This document shows, piece by piece, positions 1 to 12,624 of a stretch of DNA of 64,000 nt. Below the pieces are notes generated by a model. It did not search any database, was not told where the DNA came from, and saw only the letters and a list, made by a program, of their open reading frames with translations. Where the stretch lies: NCBI RefSeq assembly GCF_001194135.2, contig NC_068982.1:136673626-136737625 (forward strand), written 5' to 3'. Position 1 is the stretch's first letter. Every line of letters starts with the position of its first letter. Made by a program: the position numbers and the translations under genes. This DNA is from Octopus bimaculoides (lineage: Eukaryota).

Positions 1-58
1 ATATATATATATATGTATGTATGTATGTATGCATGTATATATATATATATATATATGT
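1..58. repeat. (TA)n/(TATG)n microsatellite
   Basis: Direct reading of the sequence. Confidence 0.95.
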
Positions 59-77
59 ATACTTTCACACGCTCACA

Positions 78-755
78 CAGGATGCGATAGGTAAATTGTC
101 ACCATTTTATATTTTTAATTTCGTGCATGTGCTCTGTTTGTTTTTGATTTTGTCGACTACACAGTATACCACAGTCAATTGAGCATCATCTGTAAGAAAA
201 ACAGCACCATGACGCAGTTCACTCAGCCAGAAAGGTGGAAACGACATGCAGTACTGCTTGGTATTCGCGCTGGAAGCTCCAATACGAACAGATAAAATAA
301 CTGGTGGCTTGCCGTGTCCCGGAAACATGTACCGAGAGTGGTAAAAATCAAACATCCAGTCAACATCATGTTGTTTGGAGTGACGACCAGCGATGGCGAC
401 ATTATGCCTCCATTCGTCTTCCCACCTTACTCCCCAAACTTATTAATTATTATGTGTGCGGCGCAGTTGAGCGAGAGATCAACAAAATCCTTGTAACACC
501 AAAGATGAACTGAAGGCAAGGATTTTGGCAACATTCACCAACTTGAACAAGGAAACCGTCCAGAAGAATTGCACGAGATTCCGAAGTCATCTGGAGGCCG
601 TGGTTAAAGCCAATGGCGATTTTATTGAATAAATTTACCGTTTTGTATTTGAAGATATTGTTATGTAACTTTGGTAAATATATCTGTTAAAATAAAATAT
701 CAGCGTTATTTTCATTTTTGCATAATTTAGACGACAATATTTTCACCGCACCCTG
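78..755 (+). mobile_element. Tc1/mariner (maT/DD37D-like) internally deleted DNA transposon
   Basis: Imperfect TIRs: CAGGATGCGATAGGTAAATTGTC (78-100) and GACAATATTTTCACCGCACCCTG ending at 755, followed by TA. Transposase relics KHPVNIMLFGVTTSDGDIMPPFVFP / PPYSP / NYYVCGAVERE / LEAVVKANGDFIE*; the central catalytic region is deleted. Confidence 0.8.
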
Positions 756-974
756 TATATAATAAAGTAGGCTGAAGAATTTGAATATTCAATATTTATG
801 TTTGTTTTATGCTAGGTTATTCATAATAATTGTCCGATAAGTGTTACAATTGTAGTAATTGCATATTCCTGCACATTCAAATGCAGCGATTTATGTATTA
901 TTAGTACGATCTATTCAGAGTATATAAATATGACGTTGTTTAAAGAGGAATTTTCATCCATTACACAGGCAGAC

Positions 975-1170
975 ACACACAGACACACACACACACACAC
1001 ACACACACANNNNNNNNNNNNNNNNNNNNNNNNNNNNNNNNNNNNNNNNNNNNNNNNNNNNNNNNNNNNNNNNNNNNNNNNNNNNNNNNNNNNNNNNNNN
1101 NNNNNNNNNNNNNNNNNNNNNNNNNNNNNNNNNNNNNNNNNNNNNNNATATATATATATATATATATATA
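975..1170. repeat. (CA)n - N-gap (1010-1147) - (TA)n
   Basis: Direct reading of the sequence. Confidence 0.9.
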
Positions 1171-1711
1171 TAACTTAGATGACTTAGATATGTTTCGACC
1201 AACGATTTGTCTAGTTCATGTCTAATTTAATAGTACCACCTGATAGGATTAGCTAATTCCTTTTTAAATAAAATTTTGTGGTATCATGACCCATTCGAGT
1301 AGGGAGTTCTTGTAGAGTAAGTTGTATCACAGTATAGGTGGCGGAGATCTGGCAGAAACGTTAGCACGCCGGGCGAAATGCTTAGCGGTATTTCGTCTAC
1401 CGTTATGTTCTGAGTTCAAATTCCACCGAGGTCGACTTTGCCTTTCATCCTTTCGGGGTCGATAAATTAAGTACCAGTTACGCACTGGGGTCGATGTAAT
1501 CGACTTGATCCCTTTGTCTATCCTTGTTTGTCCCCTCTATGTTTAGCCCCTTGTGGGCAATAAAGAAATCAGTATAGGTGGCTTATCTAGTATTCCTTGA
1601 AGAAATTTGTTCAGATTCCATTTAAAGGTGATGGGGTCCTTTTCTTCTTTCATCTCTTTCGGGACAATGTTAAATAGTGGAAGGCATGTTGAAGAAAAGA
1701 AATTGTGTTGC
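1171..1711 (-). mobile_element. 3' end of CR1/L2-group LINE (minus strand), interrupted by SINE A
   Basis: The reverse complement aligns by eye with the LINE 3' end at 23765-24060 (TTTCTTCAAGGAATAC, AAGCCACC, GATACAAC, TGGTCGAAACATATCTAA). It ends in tandem ATCTAAGT-like units. Confidence 0.85.
1343..1569 (+). mobile_element. SINE A (tRNA-like head, GTCGACTTTGCCTTTCATCC core, tail type 1)
   Basis: A-box TGGCAGAAACG, B-box GAGTTCAAATTCC. 13-bp TSD CAGTATAGGTGGC at 1330-1342 and 1570-1582. Confidence 0.92.
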
Positions 1712-2842
1712 TCGCAATCCACTATCGCCCAATGTCACTCACATCTCAAATAATTAAAGTGTTTCAAAGGTTGCTAAGATCAAGAATAGCTGGCTTCATG
1801 GAAAGCCACAATCTCCTAAATTCAAACCAGCATAGCATCCGCTGCGGCATGGACTGTCTAACACAACTCTTACACCACATCGACGGTGTTCTTAAAGCCA
1901 TGTGATTAGGTTCGAACTCTGATGTCATATACCTTGACTTCAGTAAAGCGTTCAACAGAGTCGACAACAATATCCTACTGTCAAAATTATCAAATGTTGG
2001 AATCCGTGGAAAACTACTACACTGGATTGAGTATCTCCTGGAGAATAAAACGCAACTTGTTAATCGGTGGAATCCACTCAAGCCCCCCAAAAATCACCAG
2101 TGGTGTCTCTCAGTGGACTGCTATGGGCCTGGTTCTCTTTATAGTCAGTATATTTCCAGCATCATAAGACACAGAAAAGTGACAATATTCGCTGATGACT
2201 CCAAGCTCCAAAAAGTTATCAATGAAGAAGAAGACCGAACTGAACTCCAGTCTGATATATATGCTGTGAGTCATTCGGCAGACAAAAACAAAATGCAACT
2301 AAACGAGGAAAAATTGGAGCTGATGCATTTTGGAAGAAAGACTATGGTAAAACAAACATACTCTCTTCCTTCAGAGGAACCTTTCACAGCATCTAATATC
2401 AGAGACCTAGGAGTAATTGTTGACAAAAATCTCAGCTGGAGATTAGGTTGATATAGCCCGTAGGCTGAGTTCCTGGATCCTATGAACCTTCCGGTTCAGA
2501 GAACAAGGTATCATTATGCCTCTTTTCTTCTCCTTTGTACGACCACCCCTCGAATACTGCTGTCCCCTGTGGTCTCCCCATACAAAACAAAACATTTCGA
2601 AAATTGAATCACACCAGAGGGCATTCACTAAAAGAATTAAGGGCATGACTGATCTCGAATACAGGGATCGCGTTAAAACATTGAAACCCTATTCTCTGCA
2701 GCGCCGCCGTAAGCGATACATCATTTGAACGATGTGGAGAATATGCCACTAGCATTGTCCAAACGATCTTAACATTAGTTACAGAATTCATTTAAGGCTA
2801 GGACCACGGGCCATACGTCTCCTACCCAATTCAATATCACAA
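1712..2842 (+). pseudogene. Decayed reverse transcriptase (ORF2) of CR1/L2-group LINE
   Basis: Motifs YRPMSLTS..KVFQR, VIYLDFSKAF, ITSGVSQ, IFADDSKL, IRDLGVIVDKNLSW, FVRPPLEYCCPLWSP, LQRRR, spread over frames with stops and frameshifts. Confidence 0.93.
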
Positions 2843-3249
2843 TGCAACTTTTCATACGTATGATTCATCTACGCACAGTCTAAAAGTATTTCCTACTCCA
2901 ACTGTATCCTATTTCTATGAAATGAAATATTAATGGCAACCTTCAATGGAAGCATGGCAAACGCTTTTGGCTTTAGGTGCAAGACTAGATCTCTGCGAAT
3001 ATCAAGGAAAATATTACATAAATAACTCACGTCTAAACCCTTCAAAATCCTGACACTAGCTAAAATCTCAAAAATTGCAGTGTATTTTTCATGGCACGCT
3101 CACATATATAATACTAAAGCTATAACCAAGGGACTAGGAATTCTCTCTACCACCAACATTCATAGCTAAGCTAACATTCATTTCTGCCTCGATCACACGC
3201 TGACATTTTAATTGATAAGTACGCAGAAGTACTTTCTACATTTAAAGTA

Positions 3250-3600
3250 CGGTGTTTCAAATCCTCACACAAATATCACTGAAAGAAACCAGATGCAGGT
3301 TATTGGGCTGATGAGCAAGTGTTCAGTCACCAACACACTAAATTGATTAACAACAAACCAGCCACATTTTTTCTTGTTGGTTCTTTTATTTCTGCCGAAA
3401 TCTGCTCCTCCGAAGTAGCTTCATTTTCGCCACCCAAGCACTACTTGGTTGGCACTCATCCCACTTATACTTCATTTTCTTGTCACTCTTACAAGATCCT
3501 ACCTCTCAGGTTTCACCAAGGACTTAATCATTCCACAATGATTAAATATGCACTGTTTTTCTTATTTTAAGTAACTTGTAAAAAGAACAGGGCCCAAGGT
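3250..3600 (+). mobile_element. Very old LINE (CR1/jockey-group) C-terminal relic
   Basis: ICSSEVASFSPP...THPTY resembles the CSxELxxxVPP..H motif of such ORF2 C-termini; the match is weak. Confidence 0.35.
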
Positions 3601-4565
3601 GTAGAACTTGCCATATCTCATTGTCCAATGTTACATCTTTTAAAATATATCTACCTTACAGCATTCATTGTAAACTGATATCAGCTTTATTTAAGCTGGA
3701 CAAGTATCGACTCTCGGTTTATTTGCAAGTAGGTAGGAAGAATGTAGCATGATAGTAAGAAAAGTATAATATTTAGTGAGCCAAACCAACAAGATGACAA
3801 CTCACGTTTCTTGCAGTGACACTTAACAACTAGACACAATGTAATTAAACTGTTTCACACAGATACTGTCCATGGCTGAAATGATTATAAAGCATAATCT
3901 AGTCGGCTTGTAGTTTGATACACCTCCAGCGTTTTTCTCCAACACTATAGGTGTTGTATAAATTACATTTAGGCTGATGTTTTTTTACGCAAAACATCGT
4001 ATTAATGGAAATTGTGAACAGTTATGTCAATATTGTGTCTCTGGCTTTTATTACATAGAAAAAATCATTTAAGAATCTTTTATTGAAATAATTTTTTGTT
4101 GTTACAAGAATGGCTTCAGATGAATTATGTTTAGATAATAAGATTTTCGGTATTTTTTTCACACTAGGTAATTGTTGAATTTACCTCAGTTTAATAATGT
4201 AATCTATAAAATTTCCCAAAATATTTTAACATTCTCTCTGGAACCTATGTTATTTTATTGTATTTCCTCTATTCATCACGCCGTTAGTGTGGAATAAAAA
4301 CAGTCAAATAGACCTAATTACTATCTATTCTGTTTTTGACAATGCGGTTCAAGAAAAAGAAGCATAAAAACGACCTACGGAATCGTAGGTTTTTCTTTAA
4401 AAACATTTAGTCAGGAATGAAAGCAATACATTATGTTCATTTATAAGGCGTCAAGATAGATGGAATGGAAAAAGATGGACGGGAGATAGATGGAAGGAAG
4501 AAAGATGGGAGGTAGAAAGACGCCCTCAAAATGGAGAATTGGTTCAAATACTTGGAACAGAGGTT

Positions 4566-4945
4566 GGTTGGCACTCCGTCGGTTACGACGACGAGGGTTC
4601 CAGTTGATCCGATCAACGGAACAGCCTGCTCGTGAAATTAACGTGCAAGTGGCTGAGCACTCCACAGACACGTGTACACTTAACGTAGTTCTCGGGGATA
4701 TTCAGCGTGACACAGTGTGACAAGGCTGACGCTTTGAATTAGAGGCACAATAGAAACAGGAAATAAGAGTGAGAGAAAGTTGTGGTGAAAGAGTAAAGCA
4801 GGGTTCGCCACCATCCCCTGCCGGAACCTCGTGAAGCTTTAGGTGTTTTCGCTCAATAAACACTCACAACGCCCGGTCCGGGAATCAAAACCGCGATCCA
4901 ATCACCGCGAGTCCACTGCCCTAACCACTGGGCCATTGCGCCTCC
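4566..4945 (-). mobile_element. SINE C (tRNA-derived, (CAA)n tail), full length
   Basis: Minus-strand head GGAGGCGCAATGGCCCAGTGGTTAGGGCAGTGGACTCGCGG. Body is near-identical to 57554-57947. Confidence 0.92.
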
Positions 4946-5029
4946 ACTTGCAACAGAGGAGTCTTTGTTAAAGTCACCCAAGATTCCAGGAGATGTTAAA
5001 CAAACTGACTGATGAAGTTTAACATCTAA

Positions 5030-5260
5030 ATAGGCCAGCGTGCGATTTGAATTCTGAATACTAATAACCAGAACAGATACTGCCAGGCATCTGGTCCGCC
5101 ATTTTTTAGAATTCTGTCAAACGGTGCCCTCTATTGATGGATTTGTAACTTCTCATTGATGAAATGTAAGATGACCTCAGCCGAATTTTAACTCGGAGCG
5201 TCTAGCTTTAGAACATTTTCAACGACACATTCTACCTGACTCTTTAATGACTACAAATGT
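5030..5260 (-). mobile_element. Degenerate SINE A-like fragments
   Basis: ATTTGAATTC / GCCGAATTTTAACTC resemble reverse-complemented SINE A B-box segments. Confidence 0.4.
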
Positions 5261-6156
5261 TCGGCGGCTATGTCGATATTGATTTTTTAAAACTAGCAGC
5301 AATTCCAAATTTCTCTGCCGGGGTGCATAGTCCATTAATTTGCATCACCATTTATTACCGATAATTATTTCTTCTGTACCTGGGGAATGAAATATAAATT
5401 ATGGCTTGCATGAATATATGAAAATTCGTTTTTTATTATAAAAATATTTCAAGTACTAGTTTAAAGGAATAAACTACAATATCGTGCATGGTAATATATT
5501 AACTGAGAACGCAGATGGCGGGGTGGGAGTGGGGTGGGACTAAATACTGAAAGCCACTTTGATTTCTCTGCTGTTGCTCATTCCATTTCATACATATGAC
5601 ATGCATCATAATTTGTATTTTGTTAATATCGGTGAATAAGAAACACACAGTCAAACTGGCCAGGATCAGAACGCAAGGATCAGAACACAGGATCAGAGCA
5701 CAAGAAATTGTATTCCATTTCCTTTTGATTTTCCATAGTGGAATACAACTAACTTACTTGGGAAAGGGCCTACAACATCCTTACTAAAATCCTTACTAAA
5801 CTATCTGCACAATAGATACACAGTATTTACACAAAGGATGCATTTTAAATCCCTCTCAAAAATAATCAATAATATACCAAATACCCATTTTCTTATCTCT
5901 AATCTAAGTGTACTTTTTAGATTCGTCAAATGATATTCATTTCGTTTCTCTTCTTCGTTATTCAGATAAATTTAAGATTCAATCGAGATTAATGCAGATC
6001 AGTTCTCAGTTAAAGCTAATAAGCTTTAATTTCAATTGATTCTGCCGTTGGTACAACATGAACGTCATAATTTTCTATGTGCGCCGTACTTGAACCTGGA
6101 ACAAAGCATTTGTTGTTAGCCCGATATTCATCTTCGAGAATTTTAGCAGATATATT

Positions 6157-6330
6157 CTGTGTGGTAAGTAGCTTGCTCACCAACCACATGGTTCCGGGTT
6201 CAGTCTCACTTCGTGGCACCTTGGGCCAAATGTCTTCTACTATAGTCTCGGGCAGACCAAAGTCTTGTGAGTGGATATGGTAGACGGAAACTTGAAGAAG
6301 CCTGTCGTATATATTATATATATATATATT

Positions 6331-6400
<70 letters not shown>

Positions 6401-6525
6401 TCCCCTCCACAACATCACTTGACAACCGATGCTGGTGCGTTTGCATCTCCATAACTTAGCAGTTCGGCAAAACAGACCGATAGAATAAGTACTAGGCTTA
6501 CAAAGAATAAGTCCTGGGGACGATT
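6157..6525 (+). mobile_element. SINE B (tRNA head + CORE-like motif + internal TA/TG microsatellite)
   Basis: CTGTGTGGTAAGTAGCTTGC head, GGTTCAGTC B-box, ACCTTGGGC CORE-like motif, internal (TA)(TG)n, and 3' half shared with the other copies. Confidence 0.9.
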
Positions 6526-7151
6526 TATTATATTCAACTGGCTAGTAGAAAAGTGGGTTTAATTTCGCTCTTAGTACAAGCTTTTCATTTGAATCAAAGT
6601 GTGATGAGATCATAATGATTTCCGTATAGAAACAGAAACGTATTGCAAAATATTAAGTGATTGGGAAGGACTTGCATGATCATGACGTAAAGGAAATAGG
6701 ATTTCCAGTATTTATATTGTTTATTGTACCTTATAAAATCTCAATGCATTTTTCTTTTATAAAACGGTATTAGTATTTGAGTTGAATTAGATTTTATAAG
6801 ATTTTAGAAAGCACGTAAACAATTTCAATTTGTTATGGTTTATATTTATTTTAAGTCGACAACAGAGTTGGTGGAGTTCGACAGAACTGTGCATTGTATT
6901 TAATTGGGATGTTATTTATCCTTAAGGCATCACTATTGATTTTCTATAGAATTTAGAACCAATACGGTAAGCTATGCCGTATCGTAAACAAATACGTTTA
7001 TGTAAATAATGCGATCGAAAACAGAAGAAAACAGGTCATGGGTACATTTGCACATTTCAAGGACTTTTTAAGCTGTTATTTTTAATTACCACCATCTAAT
7101 TATTGGTTTCTTCAGTTCTAAATTTAAGCCCTAAAATTCACTCCATAATTG

Positions 7152-7357
7152 CCCTCAGGCATATGGCGCAGTGGTTAAGAGCGCGGGTTACTAACCCCAA
7201 GATTCCAGGAAGTGACCTGAATAATAATAATAATAATATCGAAAATACCTTAGGAATGAGAACCTAGGTTGGAAACTTCCCCAAGTCAGTATATCAGCCG
7301 AAACGTTGTGTTAACAACAAACAAGATGTGGACAAATATCCATCAAATGTAAATAAT
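7152..7357 (+). mobile_element. SINE D (tRNA head + Penelope-like tail), hammerhead core deleted
   Basis: GGCATATGGCGCAGTGGTTAAGAGCGCGGGTTACTAACCCC head, internal (AAT)n, tail TATATCAGCCGAAACGTTGTGTTAAC...AAATGTAAATAATGTA matching 15850-16145. Confidence 0.88.
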
Positions 7358-7376
7358 GTATTGCTTTTCTATTTTT

Positions 7377-7571
7377 GCACAAAGCCAGCAATTTCGGGGA
7401 GAGACTAAATCGATTACATCAACCTCAAGGCTCAACTGGTACTTATTTTATCGATACCAAAATGAAGAAAGGCTAAGTCGACCACGGCGGAATTTGAACT
7501 CCAAATGTAAAGACACTAAATACCGCTGGGCGTTTTGTCCTGTATGCTAACGATTCTGCCAGCACACCGCC
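7377..7571 (-). mobile_element. SINE A, tail type 2
   Basis: Reverse complement of the SINE A head and core; tail CTCCCCGAAATTGCTGGCTTTGTGC. Confidence 0.85.
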
Positions 7572-8337
7572 TCCTAATACCTAGCTGATAATTGCTATTT
7601 AGATTTGTTCAGTATATTGTTTCAACGATTCATCAGTAGAGATTTCAGAGCGGCGGATAGCACGTTTAGAATATGTAGTGCTATTTGTCCCAATACTTTG
7701 TACACTTCAAATCCGGGTGAGGCTAATTTTACCTTTCATCTATGTTAATGCAAGTGAAAAAGCATTAAAGTTTCAGAGTTATTGATCTTCATCTGTCTGG
7801 AGTAGCTTGGATTTTCGATTTCCTTCAGCTTTTCAAAGACGTGCACTCGCAAGTCAGACTACTAGAACAAATCTACTCCCTCCGATATATAGAAAACAGA
7901 ATATAATTCATTCACTGATATTGCGGAAAACTGCCTCTCTGAATAAAAATCCTGTGAACACAACTGAAACAGTATTAAACTAAAAAGGCTATCTATGTAT
8001 CAGATTTAACGTATATACACTATTCACAAAAATGATGTTGTAGGTTTGTCTCTGAGAACATCATCTGACGGACGTGCTCTGTTGGGGAATGAGATAAACA
8101 CCATCCCAGTACTGACCGTCGAGAAAGTTAGATACATTTCACCTTCTCTGAACCTTTGTAATGGTGTGTACACACTAGTGAGATTCCTAGAAGAATGGGT
8201 AACATTCAAATACAACATTCGGTAGAGCTGCGGAAAACCGCCGAGCCGGTTAAAAATTCAGTGTGCGTAATTGAAATAGCTTTGAATTAAGATAGCCATA
8301 TATGTAACTTAATTAAAAATATATGTATATAACAATA

Positions 8338-8708
8338 GCTGTGTGGTAAGTAGGTTGCTTACCAACCACATGGTTCTGGGTTCAGTCCCACTGCGTGGCA
8401 CCTTCTACTATAGCCTCGGGCCGACCAAAGCCTTGTGAGTGGATTTGGTAGACGGAAACTGAAAGAAGCCCGTCGTATATATGTATATGTATATATATAT
8501 GCGTGTTTCTGTGTTTGTCATCCCAACATCGCTTGACAGCCGATGCTGCTGTGTTTACGTCCCCGTAACTTAGCGGTTCGGAAAAAGAGACCGATAGAAT
8601 AAGTACTAGGCTTACAAAGAATAAGTCCTGGGGTCGATTTGCTCGACTAAAGGCGGCGCTCCAGCATGGCCGCAGTGAAATGACTGAAACAAGTAAAAGA
8701 GTAAAGAG
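8338..8708 (+). mobile_element. SINE B, near full length
   Basis: Same head and body as the other B copies; ends AAGTAAAAGAGTAAAGAG. Confidence 0.92.

Positions 8709-8710
<2 letters not shown>

Positions 8711-8773
<63 letters not shown>
8711..8773. repeat. (TA)n microsatellite
   Basis: Direct reading of the sequence. Confidence 0.95.
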
Positions 8774-8776
<3 letters not shown>

Positions 8777-9663
8777 TTAAATATGACACATATGTCTATT
8801 TTGCTTTTTATTGTTAAAAGCTCGATAAGAAACATCAACCAAGGTTGATGGATTAGCGAAAGTGGGAAAACATTGGACCGGCTCTCTTACATTTCTTCCA
8901 ACACTTTGCATTTTGGGTTCAAATCTCGTCACGGCCTACTTGAATGAAAAACGTAATCACGTCATCGTATCTCACACTACCACCTGGAATCTAGGATGTC
9001 TTTAACAGAAGCCATTCAGTTGCAAACATTCAAGTCGTGGTTCTAAGTTGAGGATATCTTCTACCCGTCTCCTCACCAGTCTTGGAGGCCCTTCAAAAAC
9101 TCATGAATTTTGCCATTTCCTCCTGACTCAAAAAACAAATACATTCGAACACCTTTGGTGCTGTTTAATTATTTCTGGTCTGGTTATTATATAATAACAT
9201 ATAAAATTACCAAACATTAATTAAATTAGTTTGGTTAATTTAATACTCCATTTTCAAGTGATTTTATATAATTAATTATGACAGGGACAAGGGGATGTCG
9301 TGTAAGTGTGATTGTTATATGTATATGGGGAGAGCAGGATGAATCCGGTGAGGTGTAATTTTAACGACTACCCAACGAAACATTTGATTCTATAAAGATA
9401 TGTGGGAGGAGGACCGTTTAAATATCCAGCAATTTTATTATGTAGATTAAGTAAATGAATTGGAACGTTATTTTAATTGAATGGTTACGTTTAATGTGTG
9501 TTTGCTGCGATCAGTTTTTTTAAATGTGGAATATTATAACGATTTGATAGTTATTGCGTTTCTCTTTTCAGAATTATTATAAATAAATCATCCTCATCAT
9601 ATTCGTCATCGTCATTGCCATCCTCCTCCTCATCATCATCACCATCATCATTATTATTATGTT

Positions 9664-10036
9664 AGTGGTTAGGGCAGCGGACTCGCGGTCATAGGATCGC
9701 GGTTTCAATTCCCAGACCGAGTGTTGTGAGTGTTTATTGAGCGAAAACACCTAAAGCTCCACGAGGCTCCGGCAGGGGATGGTGGCGAACTCTGCTGTAC
9801 TCTTCAACCTCAACTTTCCCTCACTCTTACTTCCTGTTTCTGTTGTACCTGTAATTCAAAGGGTCAGCCTTGTCACACTCTGTGTCACGCTGAATATCCC
9901 CCGAAAACTACGTTAAGGGTACACGTGTCTGTGGAGTGCTCAGCCACTTGCACGTTAATTTCACGAGCAGGCTATTCCGTTGATCAGATCAACTGGAACC
10001 CTCAACGTCGTAAGCGACGGAGTGCCAACAACAACA
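9664..10036 (+). mobile_element. SINE C, slightly 5'-truncated
   Basis: AGTGGTTAGGGCAGCGGACTCGCGG...CGACGGAGTGCCAACAACAAC. Confidence 0.92.
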
Positions 10037-10039
10037 ATT

Positions 10040-10755
10040 ATTATTATTATTTCATTTACGCACAACATATTCCTAACATCGAGTACAACAAGTAACCTTT
10101 GATGCCAAGTACCTTCCTAAGTATCCTAGCTGGCCCTAATAATAATAAAGATACTGTTTTCTGGGGCTACAGTAAATTAGGTTTGATGCCTATTCCTTTT
10201 TTCCACCTGTTCAAATATTTCGGGATAGTTTCTAATGTACCTATGCCTACAAGGATATATTTTGCCCGCATTTTCCTTAGCTTCTCTAACTCAATAGCTA
10301 GGGCCTGGAACATTTCCATCTTTTGTGCATCTCTCATATTGACTTTCACATCATTTTAGACTGTAAAGTCAAATGTCTGGCAGTTTCTATTCTCTGTGTC
10401 TACTACTAAAGAATGCCTTTTAGCTTCTATTTCTCCGTCAGACTAGATTTTAAAACCACTCATCTTATATTTCGTACCTTCTAGCACTTTATTAGATTCA
10501 TGATTATACCGCATATCAGTATGGTTAAATCCTATCTTTCTACATAAATCCCAGTGGATTATTCTGCCTATGTTGTCATGACTTTTCTTGTATTGTTTCT
10601 GTGCCAGCTTAATACATTCACTAACTAGATGAGTAGTACTTTCTTCCATTGATTTACGTAAACTACATTGGAGGTCTTGGCTTTTATACAGTTAGTCCCC
10701 GATGCCTGATTTTGTGCTACTACTAACAAATTTTCTTTCTCTCTTTTCAGTCTCC
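10040..10755 (-). pseudogene. R4/Dong-like RLE non-LTR retrotransposon, 3' fragment
   Basis: AQNQA..TNCIKAK, EESTTHLVSECIKLAQKQYKKSHDNIGRIIHWDLC, LLGPARILRKVLGI*. The 3' UTR ends in (TAA)n. Confidence 0.88.
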
Positions 10756-12060
10756 TATATATATATNNNNNNNNNNNNNNNNNNNNNNNNNNNNNNNNNN
10801 NNNNNNNNNNNNNNNNNNNNNNNNNNNNNNNNNNNNNNNNNNNNNNNNNNNNNNNNNNNNNNNNNNNNNNNNNNNNNNNNNNNNNNNNNNNNNNNNNNNN
10901 NNNNNNNNNNNNNNNNNNNNNNNNNNNNNNNNNNNNNNNNNNNNNNNNNNNNNNNNNNNNNNNNNNNNNNNNNNNNNNNNNNNNNNNNNNNNNNNNNNNN
11001 NNNNNNNNNNNNNNNNNNNNNNNNNNNNNNNNNNNNNNNNNNNNNNNNNNNNNNNNNNNNNNNNNNNNNNNNNNNNNNNNNNNNNNNNNNNNNNNNNNNN
11101 NNNNNNNNNNNNNNNNNNNNNNNNNNNNNNNNNNNNNNNNNNNNNNNNNNNNNNNNNNNNNNNNNNNNNNNNNNNNNNNNNNNNNNNNNNNNNNNNNNNN
11201 NNNNNNNNNNNNNNNNNNNCATTAAAATTTCAAATAGTAAAACATTTTCCTGGCTATAATTATATCTGAAGATAGCTATACACCTCATTATGTTCCATCA
11301 TAAAAAATAATTTTTTTAAATTTGTAGACCGTTAAGATAATAGGTAGAATGGGCAATTATTCTTAATTCCTATTTATTTCTTGTTCCATCTTAAACTTAA
11401 TATTGTTGATTAATTAATTTTAAAAGAAATCTATACATTTATCTATATATTTCATTAAACTTGAACAACCTTTCGCAATGTATTTTTGAGAATATTACAA
11501 AGCTACACTAAAATTTATTTTGACAGCCACTCAATACTATTGATGATGCTTTTTCGTTTCATTCCTCTGGTGATAACTAAGCTTATAAACTACTGCTTCC
11601 TTCTGCCAATTATTTGAAAGAAGAAAAAAACAACTCTATGCCATTTTATAAAACATTTTAGTGTACATATAGTTTTAAACGTTCATAATAAATTTTAATG
11701 AAGCGTCGCTCATTAATGAAGGACATTTCGCTCTGCTGAATATTTTAGTACATTCCTAATTGATTGTTTAGTTTAGTTTTGATTAGTTTATAAAGATAAA
11801 TGACTACAGGGAATGCACACAATGTTGTTTGTTCTTTAAAAACGTATCCACTGGAGGTTTCTGTACTTTTCAGATATATTCTCGCTCCACAAATTTTCTA
11901 TCGAATACCATGTTACCGTTTGTTTTTGCCACGTTTAGTTATGAAGTGGATTGTAAAACAAGAGCTTAATTATATCAAATGGTGTTTGTTTTAATTTAAA
12001 TTTCCCTTATCAAGTTAACATTCTACTACAACTGTTTCAAGCTCATTCAAGGAGTATTTA

Positions 12061-12200
12061 TAGATAGATAGATAGATAGATAGATAGATTGATTGATTGT
12101 ATACGTATGTATATATGTCTGTCTGTCTGTATGTATGTCTGTCTGTCTGTCTGCGTGCCTGTCTGTCTGTATGTGTGTATGCATGTATGTATGTATGTTA
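12061..12200. repeat. (GATA)n/(GTCT)n/(TATG)n compound microsatellite
   Basis: Direct reading of the sequence. Confidence 0.9.
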
Positions 12201-12624
12201 TTATTCAGTTTTATTTCCAGATTTCTTGCCAATACAGAGAGGCCTGGTTTATAACCTAGATCCAAGGCTCCTTTGGAATTTCAATAACAACAACAGGGTG
12301 CTTGTGTATGTGTACGTTTTTACAGAATTTGTAGTCAGTGCAAGTGCAAATTCGTATGCTTTGTTTTATGTATGCATTTCCATGCATATAGTTGCATATC
12401 TAGACATGGGCATATATACTCAAAAAATACTAAACTTCCGGAAAGTTTTACAAAGTTTTACATTCCCTTGATGGTTTGAATCTATAATCTTCAAACTAGC
12501 TTTCACCTTTCTGGTTTTGAGAAGCTTAATTTTTGCAGACGGATTGTGGGTATAAACTTGCAAATCGTTTGTAATACAGATGGAGTAACTGCAAATTTCT
12601 CAATAGTTCAGCGTGATTCCCAAG

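Noticed and set aside
5658-5705. Three AGGATCAGA-containing short tandem units as a CRISPR-like array
   Set aside because: A tiny tandem repeat with no unique spacers, in eukaryotic DNA with no cas genes.
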